From Vulcanimicrobiota bacterium (lineage in GTDB: Bacteria; Vulcanimicrobiota; Vulcanimicrobiia; Vulcanimicrobiales; Vulcanimicrobiaceae), in assembly GCA_963820825.1 (NCBI GenBank), contig CAWGBN010000006.1, forward strand, positions 64,001 to 128,000: a stretch of DNA of 64,000 bases. The letters are read 5' to 3'. Of the stretch, positions 29,689 through 38,563 are shown one piece after another (positions within the stretch are counted from its first letter, which is position 1; every line of letters starts with the position of its first letter). A program made the translations under genes and the position numbers. A model generated the notes under the pieces. The model had not been told where the DNA came from and searched no databases. It worked only from the letters and a program-made list of their open reading frames with translations.

Positions 29689-30548
29689 TGCGAAGCGCTC
29701 GCTTTGGCGACGCGTTCGGCGTCAATCAATCCGCGCTTCCGCGCGAGGCCCCAACGGTAACCGCCCAGCTCTCCCGATCCGCGGATGACGCGATGGCACG
29801 GTATCAGCACCGCCGTTGGATTCTGCGCGCACGCCTGCGCAACCGCTCGCGCCGCGGTCGGCCGGCCGATCGCCGAGGCAACTTCGGCATACGACGCCAC
29901 GTCGCCGGCCGGAATGCTCTGCAGATATCGCCAGACGCGCATTTGAAAGGCGGTCGCGCGGATGTCGAGCGGCAGATCGGGTGAGGGACCCTCGCCGGCG
30001 AGATAGCGCGCGATCGCTTCGACCCAGATGCGGAACTGCGGATGGTACGGCTCGCGCATCGGTTCGATTCGCGCTTCGCGATACTCGCGGCGCAGTTTTT
30101 CCAGCAACTCGTCGCGCGTCTCGCCGAATCCGACGAAGCAGACGCCGCGGTCGGTCGCCCCGATCGTCATTAGCCCCAGCGGCGTCGGAAGCGACGCATA
30201 GGAGATCGTTACGCCCGCGCCGCCGCGGCGATACTGCCGAGGGGTCATGCCGAGGTTCGAGGTCGCGTTCTCGTAGACGCGGCTCGTCGACGCGTAGCCC
30301 GCGTCGAGCGCCGCCATGTCGATCGGCTTGGCGCGCCCGAGGCCCTCTTTGAGCTTACGCAGGCGAACCGTTGCCAGATACTGCTTGGGCGTGACCCCGA
30401 CCACACGCTTAAAGGTGCGGGCGAAATGGAAGCGGCTCATGGCCGCGCGCTCGGCAAGCTCAGCGAGCGTCAAGGCTTCGTCGCTATGATCTTCGACGTA
30501 CCGGCAGACGTCGCGTATCAGGTCGGCGTTAGGATTCGTTTTTGGCAT
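29685..30548 (-). CDS. AraC-HTH plus O6-methylguanine-DNA methyltransferase (Ada-like, no N-terminal Zn domain)
   Basis: LAELAERAAMSRFHFARTFK; FQMRVW, AARAVA.AC..N, PCHRV active site. Confidence 0.92.
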   Translation of the reverse strand: MPKTNPNADLIRDVCRYVEDHSDEALTLAELAERAAMSRFHFARTFKRVVGVTPKQYLATVRLRKLKEGLGRAKPIDMAALDAGYASTSRVYENATSNLGMTPRQYRRGGAGVTISYASLPTPLGLMTIGATDRGVCFVGFGETRDELLEKLRREYREARIEPMREPYHPQFRIWVEAIARYLAGEGPSPDLPLDIRATAFQMRVWRYLQSIPAGDVASYAEVASAIGRPTAARAVAQACAQNPTAVLIPCHRVIRGSGELGGYRWGLARKRGLIDAERVAKASASH

Positions 30549-30656
30549 GAATAGACTCTAATGATGCTCGAGGGCCAAAACCATCGGAAAGTTGCGAAGT
30601 AGTCGTGGCCTGCCTGCCAGGCCCTGCCGCGGGCGGGGAAGAAAGGCGCCCCTGCG

Positions 30657-31127
30657 ATGAGTCGATTCCTCGGAATCTGCGGCCTTTTGGCTCTGCTCTG
30701 CGCCTGCAGCGGCGGGTACTTGCCGTATGCTTCCGGCTCGCTCAATCCGGCAGCGATCAACGCGCTGGTGAGCGGAGCCTCAGAGGCGGACGGGGTGCCG
30801 CCCGGATTGGTGCACGCGGTGCTGATGGCCGAATCGGCGGGCAACCCCTCGGCAATCAGCGGCGCCGGAGCCCAAGGGCTCATGCAACTGATGCCCGGTA
30901 CGTCGGCCGGCTGCGGCATCGCCAATCCCTTCGACCCGACCGAAAACGTCCAGTGCGGTACGGGTTATCTTCACTCGCTGCTTCGCCGCTATCACAACAA
31001 CGTAACGCTCGCCGTCGCCGCCTACAACGCAGGCCCGGGCGCGGTCGACCGCTATCACGGCGTACCGCCGTATCCGGAGACGCGCGCCTACGTCGCGCGC
31101 GTGCTCAACGCGTACCGCAACTACTAA
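30657..31127 (+). CDS. Lytic transglycosylase (SLT domain), probable lipoprotein
   Basis: LCAC lipobox-like; AES, GAQGLMQLMP, AAYNAG, ETRAYV. Confidence 0.93.
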   Translation: MSRFLGICGLLALLCACSGGYLPYASGSLNPAAINALVSGASEADGVPPGLVHAVLMAESAGNPSAISGAGAQGLMQLMPGTSAGCGIANPFDPTENVQCGTGYLHSLLRRYHNNVTLAVAAYNAGPGAVDRYHGVPPYPETRAYVARVLNAYRNY

Positions 31128-31140
31128 AGCGCGGCCGCTG

Positions 31141-32295
31141 ATGGCGACGCTGACGTATCAACAACCGCTCCCGCGCGTCCGCTCGACGTTTCTGCGTCTG
31201 CCGATTCTCGACAGCTATTTGCTGCGCGAGATGGCCGTGCCGTTCTTCTTTGCCTTCGGCGCGTTTCTGCTCTTCTGGGCGCTGAATATCTTCTTTCTCG
31301 CAGCCGACTACATCATCAACCAGCACGCGCCGTTCTTCTTGGTTCTGCGCTTCGTCGTTTTCCGCATCCCGCAGGCAATTCCGATGGCCTTCCCCTTCGG
31401 CTGCCTCTTCGCTGCGCTGCTGGCGATGGGCCGGGTGATGGGCGACAACGAAGTAACCGCGATGCGGACGGCCGGAATTCCGGTCAAGCGCATCGTGCTT
31501 GCGCCGCTGCTCTTCGGCGTGGGAATGTTCGCCATCGCCTACTGCATGAACGAGTGGGTAGCGCCGGCCTCGGTCGATCTCTCGACCCGCACCTTCTACC
31601 AGATCATCTACCATACCGACGCGCTGCCGGTCGAGCCGCAGTTCTTCCGAAAGGATCCCGACACCGGAAACACGTTCTACGTCGGTCAGGTCGCGCCGGA
31701 CAATCGGACGATGCTCGACGTACAGATCTTCAAGCCGGCAAAGTTCGGTCCGTGGAACGAAACGCTGCAATCGAAGACGGCCTCGGTCGCGGGCAGCAGC
31801 CTCGTCCTGCACGACGTCATCGATACGCGCTACAACGACGACGGCTTCGTCACCAATCAGCAGCACGTCAAGAGCGTGACGATCGGGCTCCCGCTCGGCG
31901 AGACCGCCTCGCAGTTCGTCAGTCAGGTCAATAACGACCCCTGGACGATGAGCAGCAAGTCGCTGCGCACCCAGGTCAACGCGCTGCAGTCGCAGGGAAT
32001 CGGCGGCACGGCGATGGGAAATCTGCAGATCAATCTCGCCGATAAGCTGGCCTGGCCGTTTTCCTGCATCATCGGCGTTCTCGTGGCGGTGCCGCTCGCG
32101 CTGCGCTTCGGTAAGCGCGGGCGCATGCTCGGCATCGCGCTCTCCATCATTGCCTTCTTCGCGTATTACCTTATGGTTTCAGCGGCATCCGCATTCGGAA
32201 GAAATGGAGCCATGAATCCGTACCTCGCCGCGTGGCTGCCGAATATCATCATCGGAGTCGCCGGCGCGGTTCTCCTTTGGCTAGAAGAGCACTGA
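31141..32295 (+). CDS. LptF/LptG family permease
   Basis: ILDSYLLREM, DNEVTAMRTAGI, periplasmic beta domain, AAWLPNII. Confidence 0.92.
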   Translation: MATLTYQQPLPRVRSTFLRLPILDSYLLREMAVPFFFAFGAFLLFWALNIFFLAADYIINQHAPFFLVLRFVVFRIPQAIPMAFPFGCLFAALLAMGRVMGDNEVTAMRTAGIPVKRIVLAPLLFGVGMFAIAYCMNEWVAPASVDLSTRTFYQIIYHTDALPVEPQFFRKDPDTGNTFYVGQVAPDNRTMLDVQIFKPAKFGPWNETLQSKTASVAGSSLVLHDVIDTRYNDDGFVTNQQHVKSVTIGLPLGETASQFVSQVNNDPWTMSSKSLRTQVNALQSQGIGGTAMGNLQINLADKLAWPFSCIIGVLVAVPLALRFGKRGRMLGIALSIIAFFAYYLMVSAASAFGRNGAMNPYLAAWLPNIIIGVAGAVLLWLEEH

Positions 32296-32298
32296 GGC

Positions 32299-34800
32299 GT
32301 GCCGTTCGGCAATCGAGTACGTTGCGGTATCACCGCGATAGCGGTGCTCGCCGCCTGCGCCGGCGCGGCCTTTCCGGCGATCGCTCCGGCTACCGGGCAA
32401 GACCAACAGCAGCTCGCGCTATCGCTCTTTAACACGCAGAGCTGCGCGCAGCACTATCGCGACGACTCGCAGACGGTCGCGCAAGCGACCGCGACCCCGA
32501 GCGAAGAGCCCGCGCCGATCACGACGCCCGGCCTGCCGAACCCGCCCAACGGCGTCGGCAACGGCACCTATACGGTCCGCCGCACGCCGCCGCCGAATCC
32601 GGGAGAGTCGCCCGGCGTAACGCCGCCCCCGATCCCGACCGCGACGCCCGCCGCGACGCCGACGCTCGAGCCGATCTTCTTGGTTCGGGGCGGCGAGACG
32701 CCCCCGCCGATTCCGCCGGCCGGCGAATCGACGCCCATGCCCTCACCCGCGCCGAGCGGCGTTCCGACGCTCGCGCCGGGCAACATCGCGGTCATCTCCG
32801 ACAAGTGGACGGGAAACCGCGCGCGAGGACAGCCGAGCGATGCGATCGGCAACGTGCACATCTACTACGGCGACGAAGAGATCGTCGGCGAGCACGCGCA
32901 TTTCGACGGCGTACGCACGATCACGATCACCGGGAATCCCTTTCTGGTCAATCACGAGCACAACTCGGTGCTCGGTGCCGACGTCATCGTCTTCGACACG
33001 GTCGCGCAGACCGCGAAGCTCGTAAACGGAAAAGGCGCGAGCGACGAAGGCGTCCAGCGCGGCTTGATTCACTTTTCCGCCAGCGACCTGCATACCGACC
33101 CCGACGGAACGGCGCACGGCCTGGATCCGTACATCACCACCTGCGAGAACCCTCGGGGCGGCTACCATATCACCGGAAAAGACATGGAGGTCTACCCGGG
33201 CGACAAGATCGTCGTCCACAAAGCCGTGCTCTGGCTCGGCGCGGCCGCGGTCTTCTATCTGCCGCTGCTCGTGATCCCGCTGCGCAGCCTCGAGAATCAG
33301 CGCGGACGCCAGCATTGGTTCCCCGAAGTCGGGTACAACTCGTACGAAGGCGCCTGGATCAAGATCCAGATCCCATTCGGCAAAGATCAGTATTACTACG
33401 GTTACTACATCGTCAATTATTTCACGATGCAGGGCTTGGGCCTCGGCTACGTCGGATTCTATGCGAGCAAGAAAGGGCGACGGAGCGCGAGCGTCAACAT
33501 CTACACGCTCAGCAATCGCCAGGCCGGCGGACGCGAGACGAACCTCGCGCTCGCAGAACAAGAGAATTTCTCCGAACACCTGCGCAGCAACTTTCAGTTT
33601 TCATATCAGTCGAACTACGGCCCGCTCATTACGCTTCCGCCGAACGAGTCGTTTAGTGAAGCGCTCGTTCACCAGACCTCGCAAACGTCTCAGAACTATA
33701 GCTACACGCATTCGTCGATCAGCGGGCAGTCGAGCGCCGATAGCTTCACCTTCAGCGATACGAGGCAATTCAACGAGAATCTCAACGAAACCATCACTTA
33801 CGACATCAGCAACAGCGCCGCGAGCTTCGGCGGCGTGAGCGAATTCAGCAATCAATCCGAGTTCGATTACCTCCTGCAATACACGACCTCGGGCGCCGAT
33901 TACCAGATGGAGTGGGATAAGATTTACGCACAGGAGGCGACCGGCATCAACAAGATTCCGGAGTTCGAAGTGCGGCCGACGAACTTTTTCCAGCACTTCA
34001 TCTTTCCGCTGTCGGCCGACCTAACCGTCGGCGAGTACAGTAATCCCGCCGGGGAGGGGCAGCCGTTAGCGTTGGCGACCTGGCGCGGCGACGCCAACCT
34101 CGTCGCCGGACCGATCGAAGCGAAGGTCTTTGGAAGCGACTTTCAGGGAACCGTTACGGTCGATCAATACGCCTACGGCACGGGCGATCTCAAAGCATCG
34201 GTCGAGCAAGACTTGAGCCTCACCACGCCGATCAGCCAGCACGTCGTCAACACGCTTACCTACAACGAGGCGAACTATAACGGCCCTGCGCTCGTGCCGT
34301 TTCAATATCTCGATCAGCAGCCGACGCAGAACACCAAGAACGCGCAGGATTTGATTCGCCTCTTCAACGACGACATCTATGCGTTCTCGGTCGGCTGGTC
34401 GACGAATTTCGACGCCGTCGCGCAACCGCTAAGTTATCAGCTCTCCGCGCGCCCCTCCCCGCGTTCCGTCGTCTTGCTCAGCGGGTCGTTCATTCCCGGG
34501 CCCGGCCAGGGGTTCGAAACGACGAACCTTCAGCTATCGACGCCGTTCGGCCGCAACGCATCGCTGCAGTTCGTCACCAATATCAACTGGCGCCCCTCGT
34601 TAGGACTCGGCGAGTTCTTCTCCGACAAGGTAATCTACTACACCCGGACCATCGGCAACTGTTACCAGCTGCTCGTACTCTACAACGAGGCGCAACAAGC
34701 GGTCAACGTCGGGCTCAATTTGCTCGCCTTCCCGTCGCAAACCGCGGTCTTCAATCTCGGCCAACCGCAGCAAGTGGTGCCGACCACCTTCAACTTCTGA
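32299..34800 (+). CDS. LptD-like outer-membrane beta-barrel with Pro/Thr-rich N-terminal linker
   Basis: Signal peptide, OstA-like region (GNVHIYYG), YITTC..P..YHI, FYLP, aromatic/polar strands, C-terminal Phe. Confidence 0.8.
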   Translation: MPFGNRVRCGITAIAVLAACAGAAFPAIAPATGQDQQQLALSLFNTQSCAQHYRDDSQTVAQATATPSEEPAPITTPGLPNPPNGVGNGTYTVRRTPPPNPGESPGVTPPPIPTATPAATPTLEPIFLVRGGETPPPIPPAGESTPMPSPAPSGVPTLAPGNIAVISDKWTGNRARGQPSDAIGNVHIYYGDEEIVGEHAHFDGVRTITITGNPFLVNHEHNSVLGADVIVFDTVAQTAKLVNGKGASDEGVQRGLIHFSASDLHTDPDGTAHGLDPYITTCENPRGGYHITGKDMEVYPGDKIVVHKAVLWLGAAAVFYLPLLVIPLRSLENQRGRQHWFPEVGYNSYEGAWIKIQIPFGKDQYYYGYYIVNYFTMQGLGLGYVGFYASKKGRRSASVNIYTLSNRQAGGRETNLALAEQENFSEHLRSNFQFSYQSNYGPLITLPPNESFSEALVHQTSQTSQNYSYTHSSISGQSSADSFTFSDTRQFNENLNETITYDISNSAASFGGVSEFSNQSEFDYLLQYTTSGADYQMEWDKIYAQEATGINKIPEFEVRPTNFFQHFIFPLSADLTVGEYSNPAGEGQPLALATWRGDANLVAGPIEAKVFGSDFQGTVTVDQYAYGTGDLKASVEQDLSLTTPISQHVVNTLTYNEANYNGPALVPFQYLDQQPTQNTKNAQDLIRLFNDDIYAFSVGWSTNFDAVAQPLSYQLSARPSPRSVVLLSGSFIPGPGQGFETTNLQLSTPFGRNASLQFVTNINWRPSLGLGEFFSDKVIYYTRTIGNCYQLLVLYNEAQQAVNVGLNLLAFPSQTAVFNLGQPQQVVPTTFNF

Positions 34801-34818
34801 TCACGGTTTCGCATCGCA

Positions 34819-34965
34819 GCATGCTTTACCGTGCAGTGTCGGTACGCTCGTCGCCCGCGTCCTGCGGGCTCCTGCTGCACCGCGCTCGCGCCACCTGCTG
34901 CGGAAATTTAGACCTCCTGTCAGTGGCGCTCGCGTCGGAGCCCCTCCCAGCACGGTAAAGCATGC
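34819..34965. repeat. Structured palindromic element A
   Basis: Perfect 16-bp inverted arms 34819-34834 / 34950-34965 enclosing nested hairpins. Confidence 0.75.
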
Positions 34966-34982
34966 CGCAGACTAAAGCGTCG

Positions 34983-35138
34983 AGCGGCGCGGAGGTGCCC
35001 GACGAGAAGCGTTCCAACTTTTCCGGACCAGCCACGGACGGCTGCTTCAAAACTTCGTTGGTCCGGAAAAGTGGACGAGCAGGAGCGAACAGGAGGTGAG
35101 CGACGAGCGTCTTCGAGTCGGGTACGTCTCGCGCCGCT
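34983..35138. repeat. Structured palindromic element B
   Basis: 9-bp outer arms, perfect 14-bp inner stem 35017-35030 / 35059-35072, core shared with element A in opposite orientation. Confidence 0.75.
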
Positions 35139-35141
35139 AAG

Positions 35142-35309
35142 TCAGGGTGTGTCGCACTCGGGGTGGCCGCATGCGCAGGTCTCGCCTTCGATGCCTTGTT
35201 CGTCGGCGTTTCGGCAGAAGTTGCTGCAGTAGACGTCGCTCCCGTCGACCGGCCCGGTCACCGAGCAGTTACAGATGCCGTGCGAACATTCAAGCGGAGA
35301 TTCGTGCAT
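35142..35309 (-). CDS. Bacterial metallothionein (SmtA/BmtA-like), 55 aa; not in the ORF track
   Basis: MHESPLECSHGICNCSVTGPVDGSDVYCSNFCRNADEQGIEGETCACGHPECDTP: 8 Cys, 3 His, YCSxxC and CGHxxC motifs. Confidence 0.85.
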   Translation of the reverse strand: MHESPLECSHGICNCSVTGPVDGSDVYCSNFCRNADEQGIEGETCACGHPECDTP

Positions 35310-35315
35310 CGCGGC

Positions 35316-36065
35316 CTACGACCCGGTCGACCCAGACGAGCACGGCGATGCGGCCGGGTTGTTCGCGATCTCGATGCTGGTGATCTGCGCGGCCGGATCG
35401 CTGATGTTCGGGTCGAGCGCATAGAATGTGGTGTCGAAGCACGTCAGCATATTCAACGTCGGCGAGACCCATTGCGGATCGGCCGGGCCGCCGGCGCCCA
35501 TCGAATCTACGAAACGCCACACACCCGAGCCACTTGCCGCCGTCGTAAACGCGTTGAACTTCCAGTTGTTCGAGGGAGTGGCGCTGGGCGAGGGATTCGG
35601 CGACGGCGTCGAGTTGAAAATTCGTTTTTGAGCGAGGATCGAAAACTCGGTGCCAAGGCCGCCTGCGTTAAGGTTGTAGGAGAACTGTTGAGGCGTCGTG
35701 ATGAGCGGGTGCCAGACCGGAGGAACGTGCGGGTTCTGATTGCTGCGAACGAACTGCACGAGTTGGGCGTTGGTAGAAACGCCGTTTCCCCGTGCCACGA
35801 TCGCCCATGAGTATCCGTCCCAGTTCGTCTGAATCGTATCGGTGGAAGGCGTGCGGCCATCGCCGGTCGTGTTCAGCACGACCAGGTACTGGTAGTTGCT
35901 GAAGTTGAAAGGCGCTTGAACGTTGAAGAATACCGCAAAGTATCCCGGGGGCGCGCCACCGGGCCCTAAGCCCGCAGGATTTGGCGTGACCTGACGACCA
36001 CACGCCGCAACGATGAACGCCGTTATTAGAACGACTACGAAACCGAAACTCAATCTGCGAATCAT
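35316..36065 (-). CDS. Hypothetical lipoprotein
   Basis: GAGGAG RBS; MIRRLSFGFVVVLITAFIVAAC lipobox; beta-rich mature domain. Confidence 0.8.
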   Translation of the reverse strand: MIRRLSFGFVVVLITAFIVAACGRQVTPNPAGLGPGGAPPGYFAVFFNVQAPFNFSNYQYLVVLNTTGDGRTPSTDTIQTNWDGYSWAIVARGNGVSTNAQLVQFVRSNQNPHVPPVWHPLITTPQQFSYNLNAGGLGTEFSILAQKRIFNSTPSPNPSPSATPSNNWKFNAFTTAASGSGVWRFVDSMGAGGPADPQWVSPTLNMLTCFDTTFYALDPNISDPAAQITSIEIANNPAASPCSSGSTGS

Positions 36066-37572
36066 GGTCTCCTCGGTGACCTTGCGCGACGCCGGTCTCG
36101 CCGCCGTTGCTGCTATTGCTTTGGCGGCGGCATTTCCAAAGATCGGCGCGGCATGGCTCGTGCCCATCGGCACTGCAGCGCTGTTCTGGACTTGGCAAGG
36201 TGCCTCCTGGAAACGTGCGGCGCTCCTCGGTTGGTTCGCGGGATTAATTTTTTTCACGCTCGATTTCGCATGGGTTGGGCATACGGTCGGACGGTACATC
36301 GGCGTTTTCGGACCGTTTCTCGCCTTGGGACCCGCGCTGATCGAGGCGCCGTTCTTCGCGCTCGCCGGCGCACTCGCCGCCGTCGCCTACGAGCATATGC
36401 GACCGAACGTTGCGCCGGTCGGTGCCGCTGCGGCATTTACCGTCTGCGAATGGCTGCGTTCGATCGGGGTGCTTGCCGCGCCCTTCGACCAGCTCGGATA
36501 TACGCAAGCCGATTCACCGGTGCGCGCGATTGCAGCGTATGCGGGCACGTACGGTGTTACCTTCGTGCTCTGCGCGATCGGCGCGTATGCAGCCGACGCC
36601 CTGCATCGCCGCACGTGGCAGCCTTTTACCATCGCCGCGGTTGCGTTCGCGGCGCTGACCGTTGCGGCTTGGAACGCGTGGCCCGCGCGCAACTTGCCGC
36701 CCCCGACGATTGCCGTAGCGGCAATCCAGGGCAACATCGCTCAATCGTTCAAGTGGAATCCCCGCGCGCTCAAGGTTGCAGTGCGGCGCTACACAGCGAT
36801 GACGCGCGTCGCCAGCGCCGGCCGCCCGCGTTTGATCGTGTGGCCGGAGACGGTCATCACGACGGAACTCGACGCCGATATGGATCTCGTCGACCGTTTC
36901 AACGCTCTCGCCCGCACGTCGAAGGCAACGATCGTTGCGGGGAGCCTCGCGGCAGGGCCCGGCGCGCTCTATAACGCGCTCTACGTCTTCTCCCCGGGCG
37001 GAGGCTACGCCGTTTACAATAAGCGACAGCTCGTGCCGTTCGCCGAGTGGTTTCCGGGTCGCGCGTTTCTCTCGTGGCTGCCCTACATCGGTGCGCTCAA
37101 CGGCGGGCTGACGCCCGGAAGGACCGACGGCGTCTATAAGACCAAGGCGCTGCCGATCGCTCCGCTCATCTGCTGGGAGTCGGCCTTTGCCGATCTGGCA
37201 TACGCACAGGTGCGCCGCGGTGCGCAGCTTCTCGTCATCAGCACCGACGACGCGTGGTTCGGAAAGACTTCGGGCCCCTACATGCACGCACAGATCGCCC
37301 AGTTGCGCGCGGTCGAAACCGGCGCGTACGTCGTGCGCGCCGCCGCGACCGGAATCAGCGGCATCATCGCGCCCGACGGAACGTGGCAGATTCGAAGTGC
37401 GGTGGGAGTGCGCCGGATCGTAAAGGGACGCGTCGGCCCGCGCGTCGACACCTTCTTCTCGCGAATCGGACCGACGACCGTCGCGCTGCTCTTGGGCGTG
37501 CTCTATCTCGCGCTCTTGATACCGGTAACCGCGACGTTGCCGCCTCATGCGGGGGAATGGCCCGATGCGTAA
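36064..37572 (+). CDS. lnt: Apolipoprotein N-acyltransferase (start 36064 ATG or 36076 GTG)
   Basis: QGNI, VWPET, KRQLVPFAE, LICWES, RAVETG, RAAATGIS. Confidence 0.95.
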   Translation: MVSSVTLRDAGLAAVAAIALAAAFPKIGAAWLVPIGTAALFWTWQGASWKRAALLGWFAGLIFFTLDFAWVGHTVGRYIGVFGPFLALGPALIEAPFFALAGALAAVAYEHMRPNVAPVGAAAAFTVCEWLRSIGVLAAPFDQLGYTQADSPVRAIAAYAGTYGVTFVLCAIGAYAADALHRRTWQPFTIAAVAFAALTVAAWNAWPARNLPPPTIAVAAIQGNIAQSFKWNPRALKVAVRRYTAMTRVASAGRPRLIVWPETVITTELDADMDLVDRFNALARTSKATIVAGSLAAGPGALYNALYVFSPGGGYAVYNKRQLVPFAEWFPGRAFLSWLPYIGALNGGLTPGRTDGVYKTKALPIAPLICWESAFADLAYAQVRRGAQLLVISTDDAWFGKTSGPYMHAQIAQLRAVETGAYVVRAAATGISGIIAPDGTWQIRSAVGVRRIVKGRVGPRVDTFFSRIGPTTVALLLGVLYLALLIPVTATLPPHAGEWPDA

Positions 37573-38125
37573 TACAGCCCTTTGGTGGAAACGCCTGGCC
37601 GTCGGGGCGGGCGTCGCGTTAGGGATTTACGTCGTCGTCGAGATCGTGCTCGCCGGCGGCGGCGCGCCGCCCCCGCCGCCGAACCAAGCGCCGATCGATC
37701 TGCGCGGCGGTCACGTGATGAACAACCACATCGCGACGCGCTCGTGGACCTTCGACTACGATCATGCGCGTCTCTCGTCCGACGGACTCAGCGGCAGCGT
37801 CGACGGCGTGCGCAACGGCATCGTCTTCCGCAAAGGCAAGCCCTATCTGCGTGTCTCGGCCAAGCACGTTCAGTTGAACGTTCAGACCCTCGACTTCACT
37901 GCGGTCGGAAAGGTTCACATCGAACGCATCGACGATCCCCAACATCGCTCCTTCGATACCGATCTGGTCACCTGGACGAACGACGCGAAGATGATGCGGA
38001 TGCCGCATCCCGCGTACGTGCACTCAGGAGATCAAACGTTGAGAATCGACGGCATCACCATCAACTTCGACGACAACACCGTCCACCTGGGAAAGGTTAG
38101 CGGCGGCGTCAACATCGCTCATTAA
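37565..38125 (+). CDS. LptC-like membrane-anchored beta-jellyroll protein
   Basis: Single N-terminal TM, Pro linker, repeating short beta strands, ~186 aa; other Lpt genes nearby. Confidence 0.6.
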   Translation: MRNTALWWKRLAVGAGVALGIYVVVEIVLAGGGAPPPPPNQAPIDLRGGHVMNNHIATRSWTFDYDHARLSSDGLSGSVDGVRNGIVFRKGKPYLRVSAKHVQLNVQTLDFTAVGKVHIERIDDPQHRSFDTDLVTWTNDAKMMRMPHPAYVHSGDQTLRIDGITINFDDNTVHLGKVSGGVNIAH

Positions 38126-38128
38126 CGA

Positions 38129-38230
38129 AAAAGTCCTGATTTAGATGCGGCTCTAGGAGAGGCGGGGCGACGTTTACTGCGGTAAACGAGCCCCGACTTC
38201 GACAACGAGCCGCGCTAAATCAGGACTTTT
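38129..38230. repeat. Structured palindromic element C between convergent genes (may also terminate transcription)
   Basis: Perfect 16-bp arms 38129-38144 / 38215-38230, then GCGGCTC/GAGCCGC, CGGGGC/GCCCCG and CGTTTAC/GTAAACG stems. Confidence 0.75.
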
Positions 38231-38528
38231 CGTCGGAGAGTTTCTTTTTGGCCTCGGCAATCAGCTTCTTAACCTTCTGACCGCCCTTATGTCCAATCTC
38301 TTCGTAAAAATCCGAGCCGTATTTTTCCTTGACGACCTTGCCGCCTTTTTGGCCGATTGATTCGTAGAACTCAACGCCGTGGCGATCGCGGGTCGCCTTT
38401 CCCCCTTTACGACCGATGTCTTCGTAAAAGGTCGATCCGTAGCGATCTCGCACGGTATCCCCGCCCTTTTTACCCGCTTCACGCACGGACATTTCGCGTT
38501 TTGCCGCTTGGTCGTGCTTATCAGCCAT
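38220..38528 (-). CDS. KGG-repeat general stress protein (GsiB/YciG-like)
   Basis: Repeats FYEDIGRKGG, FYESIGQKGG, FYEEIGHKGG. Confidence 0.9.
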   Translation of the reverse strand: MADKHDQAAKREMSVREAGKKGGDTVRDRYGSTFYEDIGRKGGKATRDRHGVEFYESIGQKGGKVVKEKYGSDFYEEIGHKGGQKVKKLIAEAKKKLSDEKS

Positions 38529-38563
38529 CGGTCTCCTTCATGTAGTTTTAATGGGAGGGAGAG

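Noticed and set aside
32480..32780. Tandem DNA repeat or CRISPR-like array
   Set aside because: Low-complexity Pro/Thr coding linker with no constant repeat-spacer structure; no cas genes in the window.
34801..35140. tmRNA, RNase P, SRP or 6S RNA
   Set aside because: No tRNA-like ends, no GAGGAAAGUCC or SRP core motif; the two-unit inverted architecture does not fit 6S. An Rfam search is still needed.
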